A DNA stretch of 60,592 bases, from NCBI GenBank assembly GCA_964476665.1, contig CAYZBO010000005.1:1-60592 (forward strand). The letters are read 5' to 3'. Shown here in pieces: positions 1-9,675 of this stretch (position 1 is its first letter; the number at the start of each line of letters is the position of its first letter). The DNA comes from an uncultured Chryseobacterium sp. Lineage in GTDB: Bacteria; Bacteroidota; Bacteroidia; Flavobacteriales_F; PHOS-HE28. A program made the translations under genes and the position numbers. Below the pieces are notes generated by a model that ran no database searches, was not told where the DNA came from, and saw only the letters and a program-made list of their open reading frames with translations.

Positions 1-229
1 GATCACACCGCTGCGCGGCATGATCACGCCGTCGCGCAACTTGATCACGACGCTGTACAACATGATCACGACGTCGTGCAACTTGATCACGACGCTGTAC
101 AACATGATCACGCGGTCGTGCAACATGATCACGACGCTGTACAACATGATCACGCCGTCGTGCAACTTGATCACGACGCTGCGCGACATGATCACGCCGT
201 CGCGCGACCGGATCGCTCCGTCGTGGAAC
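1..229. repeat. Tandem array of a 21-bp unit with at least 11 copies, truncated by the window edge. Approximate consensus is WTGATCACGMCGYYGYRCAAC. Two subtypes alternate, giving a 42-bp higher-order period.
   Basis: Read directly: units begin at 20, 41, 62, 83, 104, 125, 146, 167, 188 and 209. Almost every unit carries the palindrome TGATCA (GATC core). The last unit (209-229) is degenerate. Confidence 0.9.
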
Positions 230-493
230 CTATTGCCCCTGCGGAGGCTGTATGCCGCGCATGTGCGGCCGTTCCGGAGCGGCGTTCCACTACCTTATTC
301 CGCTGATGCTCAGCAACGTACGCGTACCGGTCACAACCGCGGTCCCCCACAGCAAGCACCCGCACGCGGACCGCCACGCCAACGCGTGCGACCCGAGGAC
401 CGGGGTCAACAGGTCCGTTCGATCACACAACTTTTCTTTTTCACTGCGGGGTCACCCGGCGCATTCAGGGTGACAAAACCAACACAGAAAGAC

Positions 494-1108
494 ATGGCAG
501 CCATACGTGAAACAACTCGGCTGACGCCGAGCGAACTGGCCAACAAGGCCGACCACATCGTGGAACAGATGACGGGCAACCCCACCTTCCCCTCCCCCGA
601 GCCCAGCCTGGCCTCGATCACCACTGCAACGGCAGCGTTGCGTGCGGCGATCACGGCTTCGATGGGCGGCGGACGGATGGAGACGGCGTTGCGCAACCTG
701 CGCCGCAAAGAGCTAAAGAACCTCCTGGACCGCTTGGCGGACCACGTCTCGAGCGTGGCCGGCAAGAACGAGGAGGCAGTGCTCAGCAGCGGCTATGGCT
801 TCCGCAGGCCCGGCACTCCCCAAGGCGAACCCGGCATGCCCCGTAACCTCACGGCCCGCATCAGCGAGCACGTGGGTCGCGTGGACCTGACCTGGACGCC
901 CGTGGCCGAGGCGCTGACCTACCACATCCTGCACCACGCGAGCGATCCGCTTGCGGTGGACGGCTGGGAGCTGGTGGGTGTGAGCACCCGCGCGGCCTAT
1001 GTGGTGAAAGGCTTGCCGAGCGGCAAGCAGGCACACTTCAAGGTGTGCGGCATCGGCACGCGCGGCATGGGTCCGTGGAGCCAGGTGGCCAGTAGCTTGG
1101 TGAAGTAG
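494..1108 (+). CDS. Hypothetical protein with a C-terminal fibronectin type III-like domain
   Basis: The ATG at 494 is in frame with ORF 20..1108. The C-terminal part (PRNLTARISEHVGRVDLTWTPV...YHIL...AHFKVCGIGTRGMGPWS) reads like Fn3. The upstream part of the ORF only translates the 21-bp repeat and low-complexity sequence, so I trimmed it. Confidence 0.6.
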   Translation: MAAIRETTRLTPSELANKADHIVEQMTGNPTFPSPEPSLASITTATAALRAAITASMGGGRMETALRNLRRKELKNLLDRLADHVSSVAGKNEEAVLSSGYGFRRPGTPQGEPGMPRNLTARISEHVGRVDLTWTPVAEALTYHILHHASDPLAVDGWELVGVSTRAAYVVKGLPSGKQAHFKVCGIGTRGMGPWSQVASSLVK

Positions 1109-1185
1109 GCGGGGGCGGAGGGGCCGCGGCAACGGCTTCCCTCCACTCCCACTTTAATACTACTCACCTAACACTCCGAAGAAGT

Positions 1186-1217
1186 GAAGGCCCTGCGAAA
1201 GTAGGGCCTTCGCTTTT
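1186..1217 (+). terminator. Rho-independent terminator candidate
   Basis: Perfect 9-bp stem GAAGGCCCT/AGGGCCTTC with an 8-nt loop, followed by GCTTTTGG. It lies 78 nt after the stop at 1108. Confidence 0.55.
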
Positions 1218-1930
1218 GGGGGTGCAAGGGGGAATGAGCGGTGAGGGGGTCTGTGTGGTGGAGAGGGGTGGTGGGTTCGCTGCGGGAGGTTGTATCAGTG
1301 GCCAGGGGTCGCCTTGGTGGTGTTCGGGATGGGTGGGTGGTACTGGCTGCCCAGAAATACATCCATTCCACTTTTTGGCGGCAAAAAGTTGTGCAGGTGT
1401 TCCCACGCTGTTCGCTGGCTGCGCGTGGGTCTGCCCCGTGGCTGCGGCGTTGCTGCGGAGCTTACAGAGCGGGTGCTCTGCGCGCTTCTTGCGCCTTGCA
1501 TCCGCGCGGCATCCCGCTCGCTCGCCGACGCGCCCAGCATGGGAGCACCTGCGGCAAAAACCGCCACGATCAACCCACGGCGCTTGAGTTCTCGGACACA
1601 TGGTGGTATGTTCTCTGGGCCGTGCCGCGCTGATCGTGCCCCGAGTTCTCGGGGGCCCACCGCACCCTGTGTGCTGGAGAGCGGTGGTGGGTTCGCACCG
1701 GGTGGTTGGGGGGGTGGTCGCTCGGGTGGTGCTCTTCGAGTGCCTCGGAGCTCGCCCCCCAGGACATCCTCTTGCCGACCGCTTCCCTCTTGTTGAACCG
1801 TGTAAATCGGGTGCTAGCGGATCCGGGAAACCTCCGCCATCCCTATGCGGGATGGTGGTTGTCATCATGTCCACCACTATGCGATACACCCGACTTCATG
1901 CATCCGGTAGCGGAGGCAGCAGCAACACGC

Positions 1931-4156
1931 TCAGTCGTTGAGGCTGAAGTTCACTGTTTCGGTCATACGCACATCCACGGGTCGGCCATCCTTGAGACCC
2001 GGCTCCCACCCAACCATTCCAGTAATGAGCCGTTTTGCTTCCGTATCGAAGTTCGCGTTACCAGGGTTGCTTACTGTTACCTCGCGGACCTGACCGGTTG
2101 GCGAGACCACAAAGCTCACACGTACCTTGGCCACCTGTCCAGCGACCTTTTCGGCGGCCGGATACTGCCGCGTGGCCAGGTAGGCCTTAAGCGCCCTGTT
2201 CCCGCCCGGGAAACGAGGAGCCTGATCCACCTCGTTGACGGCATACACCTTGGGTTTGGCTCGTGTTGCGGACTCCGCGCCGCTACCGTTCCGGACCGGT
2301 CCCGTGGATGTTGGCGGCTCCTTTGCGGCGGGCTCACGGATGGCGTCTTCCGCCTTCACCTCCGGCATCAATACATACAACTCGTAGATGACCGGAGCGG
2401 CGCCTTCATCGAAGGCTTCCGCGTTGGCCAAAGTGGTCTGTCGGCTCACAATGGTCCACCGCGCATCATCACGCGGCAGTGCGTCCATCGGAAAGCCGCT
2501 AACCGTGCTGGTGGCGCAATAGAAGGGTCGTTTCACCACCCCGTCCGGCGTCTCCACACCGAACCAAGCATAGCACGCCGCACCGCTGCAATCATAGGAA
2601 TGGAAACGGCCTTGCAAGGTGTCCGTCAACGTATGCAGGCTGTCGCGGTAAGCATCGAACCGGGCTTCGCGTCCGGCCAGCACATCCGCCTGCAGCCTGG
2701 CCACCACATCCACGGCCACGGCCATCTGGGTGAAGGTGGCATCGCCATTCCTCATCGTGAACCGGATACTGTCCCCGTTGAGATAGTGTAACATAACAAC
2801 ACCCTGGCTCCTGGTGTAGAGCAGGCTATCGGGCAGACCAATGGCCTCGTGGGACAGCGAGAAGGTGGATCGTAACAGGTCCCGACCATTTTGCAGGGCA
2901 TGTTGGAACATGATGGTGCCATAGGGGTCAACATCGAACTGCGGCGCGGAAACGATGAAGGTTGCGGCCGTATCCACACCCGCAAAAAGCCGCCAGCCAA
3001 AGCGTCTACCTTCATAGGGCTTGAACAAATCGGCCGCCTGCTGCAGCTCCAGCGTCGTGAGCGAATGTCTGCGAAGGTGCTCGCGAATGGTCTCCACTGT
3101 AGGGTAGAGGCTGTACACCACAGCGATGGCCAGCCCCTGGGCCCATACGCGCGGCCTGCTAAAACCCACCTGCAACCGTCCGTTCCGTTCGCGCAACAAC
3201 AGTGCTACGGCAAGGCAGATCAACACCAGCAGGAAGATCAACAGTGGCTGTTCCTTCTCGATATAGACCCAGGCCGCAGATCGCTCGTCATTCTCCGCCA
3301 CCAAGCGGAAAACCCCGCGAACGGCAATGGCGATGGCGATCCCCACCAATGCCGTGGCCGATGCGGACCAGTTGCGCGACATGGCCAGCCACAGCGCGGC
3401 CAGCACCGGAATCAGAGGCAGGTATTCATGCAGCGGCAGGGCCATCATCAGATAGCACAGCACCCCGATAGCGAACCCGGCCCAGGTGAACTGTGTGGTG
3501 GATGCGGCCGGTGGTGCAGGGCTGATCGGTTCCTGACCGTGCCGCTGCAGCCGAGTATTATTGGCAATGGCAAAGAGCACCTCGATCCCTTCGGCGAACC
3601 ATCGCCCCAACATCATGGTAAGGAAGCCTCCCACCGGGGCCGCCACGAGCACCAAGGGGCTGGGACCCACCATGGACCGCAACCACCCACCCACGAACGG
3701 TATATCGTCAAGGCCGTTGGCGAGCGGCCAGATGACCAGGAAGGAAAGCACACCGATGAACCCGGCTGCAGATCCGAGCGCCTCGGTGAGCGTACGGAAC
3801 ACATGGGCGACAATGGGACCAGCAAGAAAGACGCGGTGACCTTCGGTATGCTGGTCCAGATCATCAGCGCGAGTCCACCATAAGCGCGCCAGGAAAAAGC
3901 CGACGAACAGGCAAGCCAGGCCAGCGAGCACACCCACCTGCATCCCCAGTACGGCCGGCACATACTGATCTGCTTCATAGAGCTTGACACAACCGTACAC
4001 GGCGCTCCCCAAGACCGCCAATGCGGCGACAATGCCTCCCACGCCCAACAATATGGCCAGCCCCCTGTATACGGCGCGCCAAGGTTGCCGGAAGAATGAA
4101 CCATCATCCAAGAGATCGACCAGCTTGTCCGTAACATTTGTCGTCCATGACCACAT
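1931..4156 (-). CDS. Polytopic membrane protein with a C-terminal TonB (TonB_C) domain
   Basis: The last ~100 aa (VDQAPRFPGGNRALKAYL...VRVSFVVSPTGQVREVTV...GWEPGLKDGRPVDVRMTETVNF) match the TonB C-terminal fold signature. The N-terminal half has many hydrophobic helices. The ATG is at 4154-4156. Confidence 0.75.
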   Translation of the reverse strand: MWSWTTNVTDKLVDLLDDGSFFRQPWRAVYRGLAILLGVGGIVAALAVLGSAVYGCVKLYEADQYVPAVLGMQVGVLAGLACLFVGFFLARLWWTRADDLDQHTEGHRVFLAGPIVAHVFRTLTEALGSAAGFIGVLSFLVIWPLANGLDDIPFVGGWLRSMVGPSPLVLVAAPVGGFLTMMLGRWFAEGIEVLFAIANNTRLQRHGQEPISPAPPAASTTQFTWAGFAIGVLCYLMMALPLHEYLPLIPVLAALWLAMSRNWSASATALVGIAIAIAVRGVFRLVAENDERSAAWVYIEKEQPLLIFLLVLICLAVALLLRERNGRLQVGFSRPRVWAQGLAIAVVYSLYPTVETIREHLRRHSLTTLELQQAADLFKPYEGRRFGWRLFAGVDTAATFIVSAPQFDVDPYGTIMFQHALQNGRDLLRSTFSLSHEAIGLPDSLLYTRSQGVVMLHYLNGDSIRFTMRNGDATFTQMAVAVDVVARLQADVLAGREARFDAYRDSLHTLTDTLQGRFHSYDCSGAACYAWFGVETPDGVVKRPFYCATSTVSGFPMDALPRDDARWTIVSRQTTLANAEAFDEGAAPVIYELYVLMPEVKAEDAIREPAAKEPPTSTGPVRNGSGAESATRAKPKVYAVNEVDQAPRFPGGNRALKAYLATRQYPAAEKVAGQVAKVRVSFVVSPTGQVREVTVSNPGNANFDTEAKRLITGMVGWEPGLKDGRPVDVRMTETVNFSLND

Positions 4157-4171
4157 GAGCAGGATAGGGAT

Positions 4172-5461
4172 TTACTCAGGCAGCACGTTCACGATACGGC
4201 CCAACGTGTGTGAATAGACCAGCTCCTTGGTCAGCAGTGGGTCGCTGTTGAACTTGAACCCAACGACAGGGCGCTCCATGAAGACCAACTTGAACTCCTC
4301 TTTGGACAGGTCATAGACCAGGTCTCGTGAATCACGCACATCGGACAGCTGCCAATCGCTGACCGCTACCGGGTTCCTCCGAAAAGCTCCCGGGGAGAGG
4401 TTCATGCGCACCCGCAACAATTCCAGTTCGGCATCACCGCGCGAACCGCTCGGGGTCACGCCCTCCAGTGGCACGGGGAACAACTCCTCCTTGTACCGCT
4501 TACCATTTGCCGTGTTGATGTGCAACTCATGTCGCAGACCTGGCTTTCCAAGATCGTAAGTGACGATACGGAAGGTGTCAAGGGAGCCCACCTCGCTGAA
4601 CACATGCAGCACCGTGTACACCGATAGCGCAGCGAACTGCTCGGGCGGCTCGGTCAAAGAACGATACGACAAGTCATCGCCACCGGGTCCTGAAGGCTGA
4701 GGCCCTGGGGTCGATGAAGGCACGTTGGAGGCCGGAACCTGCGCTGGTGGCACCGGTACTGGCACATCGTCCGAATAGGCCGACGAGCGTACGACGACCG
4801 GTTCTTGATCCATGGTATGCCAGGTAACGGTATCCGATGCCGTGGAGCCGACCGTTGGGGGCCCATCATCACCCGAACCGGTCTGCTCGCCCCCAGCCAC
4901 CTCCCCACCAACTGCTGCTCCACGCTCCAACGCGGATGATCCTCGCAAAGGCATGGTACCATCGACACAATCCATTGCCTCGACAAAACCCTTCGCGAAC
5001 AGGGGTGTTGGCCGAAGGATGCGGCCACCCGAACTGAGCTCCTGCAGGGCTGCCGTCCTTAACCAGGCCCATTCAGAGGCATCGACCGCGTAGAACGATA
5101 GCCGGCGAATACGGCCCTCTCCGGCCGGGGCCTCCTCCAGCCTACTACGTTCAAACACCTTGCGCTGCCCGTTCCGCAGGGTCATGACCAGCTCTTCGCT
5201 GAACTCCGTGTCCTCCTCCTTCGATCCGGCCAGCACCAACTCGCGCCCCCCCAAGCTGTTGGCCCCGATCATCATGTCCTCCCGGTCAGCCGACTGAAGC
5301 GTACTAAGAGCGAGCGGTTCGGTGCGCACCATGCGATACTGACCAGTCCTACTGGTCCAATCCAAACTCCACCTGCAACTAGCTCCCTGACCCTGCACCT
5401 GCAAGGCGCACAAGAGCAGAAGCACAACGGCGAATAGAGGTGTCTTATCACGGAGGACCAT
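4172..5461 (-). CDS. Hypothetical secreted protein
   Basis: I chose the internal start MVLRDKTPLFAVVLLLLCALQVQGQ (signal peptide). It lies 13 nt downstream of the upstream gene's stop, and the gene ends 15 nt before the TonB_C gene, so it looks operonic. Confidence 0.6.
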   Translation of the reverse strand: MVLRDKTPLFAVVLLLLCALQVQGQGASCRWSLDWTSRTGQYRMVRTEPLALSTLQSADREDMMIGANSLGGRELVLAGSKEEDTEFSEELVMTLRNGQRKVFERSRLEEAPAGEGRIRRLSFYAVDASEWAWLRTAALQELSSGGRILRPTPLFAKGFVEAMDCVDGTMPLRGSSALERGAAVGGEVAGGEQTGSGDDGPPTVGSTASDTVTWHTMDQEPVVVRSSAYSDDVPVPVPPAQVPASNVPSSTPGPQPSGPGGDDLSYRSLTEPPEQFAALSVYTVLHVFSEVGSLDTFRIVTYDLGKPGLRHELHINTANGKRYKEELFPVPLEGVTPSGSRGDAELELLRVRMNLSPGAFRRNPVAVSDWQLSDVRDSRDLVYDLSKEEFKLVFMERPVVGFKFNSDPLLTKELVYSHTLGRIVNVLPE

Positions 5462-5474
5462 GCGAATACGACCC

Positions 5475-5999
5475 TTACATAGCGCCCCCACTAACGAGCG
5501 CGGCGACCATTCCGACAAGGACCAATATAAGGATGGCGATACCTGCTCCCCCCTTCTTTTTCGGTTCGCTGTCGGTATGGGCCTCAGCCACCTGAACGGG
5601 CCTCTGCATTCCGGCCTCAATGAATGGCAGGTCGTCAAGTGTTGCTTTGCGGAAATTGCGGTAGTTGGCTGGAAAGCCGGTTACCGTCACCACGATGCGA
5701 CTGGAGCTAACCGGATTGATGTCGAATATCGGCTCCACCAATAGGTCGGCTCCCGAATCTTTTACAGCACTCGCCACGGCCTGTACCCGCAGTGCTGCCT
5801 GGCTCGTGGCAGGACCGGTGGCCTCCCCGCTCACTTTGGTATTGCGCACGTCGAGGTCGGCCATCACCGGATGATGAACGACCCCTGCCCCGTGCACAAA
5901 GGTGAAGCGCGCGCTGTCCGTTCGGGGAAGGATGGCACAGGAGCTGAACAGGGTTTGAAAAACAACGATGCACAAGAAGAGCGTGTTGCGTTGGAACAT
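5475..5999 (-). CDS. Hypothetical lipoprotein with a C-terminal TM anchor
   Basis: The start MFQRNTLFLCIVVFQTLFSSC has a lipobox-like LFSSC. The C-terminal hydrophobic stretch is GIAILILVLVGMVAALV. Confidence 0.55.
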   Translation of the reverse strand: MFQRNTLFLCIVVFQTLFSSCAILPRTDSARFTFVHGAGVVHHPVMADLDVRNTKVSGEATGPATSQAALRVQAVASAVKDSGADLLVEPIFDINPVSSSRIVVTVTGFPANYRNFRKATLDDLPFIEAGMQRPVQVAEAHTDSEPKKKGGAGIAILILVLVGMVAALVSGGAM

Positions 6000-6402
6000 G
6001 GCAGTTCGATGTAGGTGGCCGAAAATAGTAAATGCCCCGATATCATGGCCGCAGGATCGAAGCATTCAAGAAACATCGGCCCTAAACTTTCCTGGTTCAC
6101 AGGAAAGGCACGCTGAACAACAGGGGCTTTACAATGAGCGACCATACCTCGGCCCGTTGAACAAGGGGCAGGTCAGATCCCCCAGGATGTTAGATGCGCA
6201 TCCGTGCTTCCATCACTATTCGAGGCATGGACTGCGATCAGCCTGTTGCCATTGAACGTATCATGACCGTGGCACCTGATGGAGTGCAGACTATCGGCCC
6301 GAAACCGACCTTGCCCGCGCCCGCTCGGTCAACACGCACCATGGAACACCCTCACACCCACAGAAGCACTTCCCAATGGCCGTTACGCATGCCATGGGAA
6401 CA

Positions 6403-9400
6403 TCACTGCACGATCAACCTGACATGACGCACTGAGCCATCCTGCTCCACCGATAGCATGTACGTGCCTGGTGGTGCAGCGCCCAGATCCAACGGGTACG
6501 GCGATGATACCGACGTCCAGTTGCCCACGATCCTGCCCACGGCATCGTGCATCATGATGCGTGCGGTGGCCGAGCCCGGGAACCACACCACGCACTGGTC
6601 GTGCGCCGGGTTCGGTACCAGGATGAACGGTGATGCAGGGGCCGTATGCACCCCGGTGCCTATTTCGGCATAGAACACCACGGACGCCGTACCGACACAG
6701 CCCAGCGAATCATAGGTGTAGAAGAGGGTGTGCGGACCAAGGCTCATACCTTCTCCATTGATGGTGGTAATGGGGGTCGGGTCATCATCCAACGTGTACA
6801 CTCCTCCCGGGGGGGTGCCCTCGTTGGTCAGTACATGCGCTTCGCCATTGACGAGGAATTCGGTAAACCCAAGTTCGAGTGAAACCTGGGGTACGCTCAA
6901 CACGTGCAGCGAGTCGAACAGTGTTACCTGACATCCGTTCGTGCCTGTCACCATGAACGTGAACGGGTAGGTACCAGAACCCAACAGCGAAGGGTCCACC
7001 GGATCCGAGGTGATACCGGACCCGGAAAGTCCCCCTCCGAACACACCGACCGTATCAGCCTCTACGCTGATCAAGCTGTCATACGCGCAAACCGACAAGG
7101 GGGATAAGATCGCCGCTTCGGGCAACGAAAGCACCACGAGGTTTTGCTCCAATACCGCTTCACATCCGCTGGCATCCGTTACGGTGAAGGTGAACGGGTG
7201 GTTGCCCAGGCCCAACAGGGAAGGGTCCAGCGGATCCGAGGTGATACCGGACCCGGAGAGTCCACCTCCGAACACGCCGACCGTATCAGCCTCTACGCTG
7301 ATCAAGCTGTCATAAGCGCAAACGGACAACGGGGAAAGGATGGCCGCTTCCGGCAAGGAACGCACGATGAGGTTCTGTACCAATACGGTTTCGCATCCGT
7401 TGGCATCCGTGACGGCGAAGGTGAACGGGTAGCTGCCCGGGCCCAACAGGGAAGGGTCCAGCGGATCCGAGGTGATACCGGACCCGGAGAGTCCACCTCC
7501 GAACACGCCGACCGTATCAGCCTCTACGCTGATCAAGCTGTCATACGCGCAAACATCAAGGGCGGAGAGGATCTGGGGCGATGGACCGGGGACCACCGTG
7601 ACCAACAGGGTATCGAAACCAGGGCATGCACCAGGTCCTGAAGCCGTGCCTGTGAATTCATAGACCCCTGGGCCAACGGTCGGATGGAAAAAGCCGAACA
7701 CCGTTGCAGGTGGTTCGAACTGGACACGATCAAAGCCACCCAATGACGCAGCGCCGATGAAGGGTCCCTGCAACGTGACCATCAAGGTATCCTCCTTCAT
7801 ACACAACTGCTGATCAGGCCCGAGGTCCACAGGCGTGCATGCCAACAGCTCGAAGAAGTTGGGGCCACCCGCAGTACAATCGCCTCCGTTCACCGCGTCC
7901 ATGGTATAAACTACTGGCCCGAATGACGGCCTTGCCTCACAGGAGCGATCCACAACACCGAAGGCATTCGCGACACCGGACCACGTGCCTCCCGAGGGAC
8001 TGGCCCCATAGATCACGGGGTCAGTATCACACCCGTTGAGTGGATCACCACTCAGCACGGTCAGCGTTGGGCTCTGTACCACCACGATCGACTGGGAAGC
8101 ACTGAGCGGACAACCCGTCCCCCCATCGGCCACGGTGTAGACCAGCTCGAAAACACCCTCACCGGATGGGGTGAACACGTTGTCGATCACGCCGGGGCCG
8201 CTCCAACTACCTCCGGCAGGTAACGCGTGATCCAAGGCATACGATTGGCCTGATGCGCAGAGAGTGTCGAATGGTGTGAATTCGATTCCTTCGGATAGAG
8301 CCGGACTCACAATGATCGTAGCTTGAGCGACCAAAGGGCATGGGGCATTCACCGAGTATGTCAATGTAAAGGAGCCAGAACCAGTGGAGGAAGGGTAGAA
8401 CATTGTACCTCCTACACCTGGACCGAACCACATACCGCCCGCAGGAGATGCTTGGTTCAGTAGATAAGGAGCACCGAACTCACACAGAGTCTCGAACGGC
8501 AGCAACGTGATACCCTCGGCAGGCGTCATTGAGGGAAGCTCATTGGGATACCATGAGAGAACGGAACTGTCAGGCCTCCTATGAAGGAGGTCTGCACGCC
8601 CATCACCATTAAGGTCCGCAGAAGTCACAAACCCAGGAATGAGATTGGAGATCACCTGCGACAAAGGAGGTGCCACAAATTCACCGAGTTCAGCATCGAA
8701 AAAAGTCCAAAATAGATAACCAGCCACCCCTTGAAAATGTACAATTGCCACCTCTGATCCACAACCGATCGAGACAGCGTGACCCCAGTGATTTGCAACC
8801 TCCCCACCAACCTCATGCACTACAAACGGGAGAACATTACTGGGAGTCGACAAGTTCTCAGCCCAATCTAACAGGCCCCAATTCGACATGACAAAATCTA
8901 GATCATCATCGCCATCAACATCGATCAATTGGAGTCGCGAACCAGGTGTGGTTGTACCGACCTCCACCATCATCGCAGCGATCACACCACCACTTCCGGT
9001 CAGCAGAACACTTAAAACCCCGTCGCTGTCCATGACCACGAGATCCACATTGCCGTCAAGGTCGATATCACCCATCAAAAGCTTCAGCCCTGGACCAGGT
9101 GTTCCATAAGGAACAATAACTGGAGCGCCGAAAATCCCCCCATCATTGATGAACACGTGAACCTCAGCATCATTGACCGAGTTCGAGGCGACAGCCACAT
9201 CGGTCTGCCCATCCACGTCAAGGTCAGAGCAGATCAGAGAAAGGACTTCGCCATCAATAGAAGCAATCAGCACAGGGCTAGCGAATACGCCCAGTCCATT
9301 CGAGTTGGATCTCCAGCTCAGTTGATCGACGTCGTCCACGATCACGACATCCGAATTGCCATCATTGTTAATGTCCCCAATGGCGAAAAGCCGTATCGCG

Positions 9401-9675
9401 GTTGCAATGATGTTCGGTGTACCATAGTTTCCGAGCCCATCAAGGTTCTGAGCGCATACGAGATCATTCCCGACCATGAATATCAGATCGATGTCGGAGT
9501 CCCCATCAATGTCAACCGCTTCGACGCGCCCATTAAAATCGCCAGGGACACCTTCTGCGATGTCCACCCCCGGACCAAACTGCGAATACAATATTGCTGG
9601 CCATTGAGCCAGAATAACGATCGCGATCAACTGAAGTCGGCCTTGTTTCATGATTGTCTGGATTTCTTGGGTCAT
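6403..9675 (-). CDS. FG-GAP/VCBS repeat protein with Ig-like repeats and a T9SS type A C-terminal sorting domain
   Basis: The N-terminal region has repeated DxDxDGxxD loops (DIDGDSDIDLIF, GDINNDGNSDVVIV, GDIDLDGNVDLVVM, ADLNGDGRADLL). The C-terminus (FILVPNPAHDQCVVWF...GTYMLSVEQDGSVRHVRLIVQ) is a typical Por-secretion tail. The start could instead be 9651 (MKQGRLQL). Confidence 0.85.
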   Translation of the reverse strand: MTQEIQTIMKQGRLQLIAIVILAQWPAILYSQFGPGVDIAEGVPGDFNGRVEAVDIDGDSDIDLIFMVGNDLVCAQNLDGLGNYGTPNIIATAIRLFAIGDINNDGNSDVVIVDDVDQLSWRSNSNGLGVFASPVLIASIDGEVLSLICSDLDVDGQTDVAVASNSVNDAEVHVFINDGGIFGAPVIVPYGTPGPGLKLLMGDIDLDGNVDLVVMDSDGVLSVLLTGSGGVIAAMMVEVGTTTPGSRLQLIDVDGDDDLDFVMSNWGLLDWAENLSTPSNVLPFVVHEVGGEVANHWGHAVSIGCGSEVAIVHFQGVAGYLFWTFFDAELGEFVAPPLSQVISNLIPGFVTSADLNGDGRADLLHRRPDSSVLSWYPNELPSMTPAEGITLLPFETLCEFGAPYLLNQASPAGGMWFGPGVGGTMFYPSSTGSGSFTLTYSVNAPCPLVAQATIIVSPALSEGIEFTPFDTLCASGQSYALDHALPAGGSWSGPGVIDNVFTPSGEGVFELVYTVADGGTGCPLSASQSIVVVQSPTLTVLSGDPLNGCDTDPVIYGASPSGGTWSGVANAFGVVDRSCEARPSFGPVVYTMDAVNGGDCTAGGPNFFELLACTPVDLGPDQQLCMKEDTLMVTLQGPFIGAASLGGFDRVQFEPPATVFGFFHPTVGPGVYEFTGTASGPGACPGFDTLLVTVVPGPSPQILSALDVCAYDSLISVEADTVGVFGGGLSGSGITSDPLDPSLLGPGSYPFTFAVTDANGCETVLVQNLIVRSLPEAAILSPLSVCAYDSLISVEADTVGVFGGGLSGSGITSDPLDPSLLGLGNHPFTFTVTDASGCEAVLEQNLVVLSLPEAAILSPLSVCAYDSLISVEADTVGVFGGGLSGSGITSDPVDPSLLGSGTYPFTFMVTGTNGCQVTLFDSLHVLSVPQVSLELGFTEFLVNGEAHVLTNEGTPPGGVYTLDDDPTPITTINGEGMSLGPHTLFYTYDSLGCVGTASVVFYAEIGTGVHTAPASPFILVPNPAHDQCVVWFPGSATARIMMHDAVGRIVGNWTSVSSPYPLDLGAAPPGTYMLSVEQDGSVRHVRLIVQ
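6895..7588. repeat. Three tandem copies of a 231-bp (77-aa) unit inside the FG-GAP gene
   Basis: The landmark GGATCCGAGGTGATACCGGACCCGGA recurs at 7001, 7232 and 7463, a period of 231. The protein repeat is LSVCAYDSLISVEADTVGVFGGGLSGSGITSDP.DPSLLG.G..PFTF.VT...GC. Confidence 0.9.

Noticed and set aside
1-229. Possible CRISPR array
   Set aside because: The units are contiguous 21-mers with no spacers, and there are no cas genes in the window. The 231-bp, 291-bp and 539-bp repeats are all in-frame protein-coding duplications.
20-493. N-terminal extension of ORF 20..1108 through the 21-bp repeat (MITTLYN heptads)
   Set aside because: The segment between the repeat and the ATG at 494 translates to Pro/Arg/Gln low-complexity sequence. 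An ATG with a plausible protein follows at 494. Coding status of the repeat cannot be excluded because the array is cut by the window edge.
1268-1700. tRNA-like GGTGGGTTCG strings
   Set aside because: No complementary T-stem, acceptor stem or anticodon arm can be drawn around either copy.
1164-2791. ORFs 1164..1889 (-), 1290..1796 (+) and 1706..2791 (+), among others, in and around the 1.2-1.9 kb gap
   Set aside because: The translations are dominated by Arg/Pro/Gly/Trp runs, there are several mutually overlapping frames, and no start context or domain is present. 1706..2791 runs antisense into the TonB_C gene.
5968-6427. Small + strand ORFs (5968..6255, 6194..6427) in the 0.4-kb gap between the FG-GAP gene and the lipoprotein operon
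   Set aside because: There is no signal peptide, domain or start context. The region is more likely the promoter and 5-prime region of the minus-strand operon and the terminator region of the FG-GAP gene.
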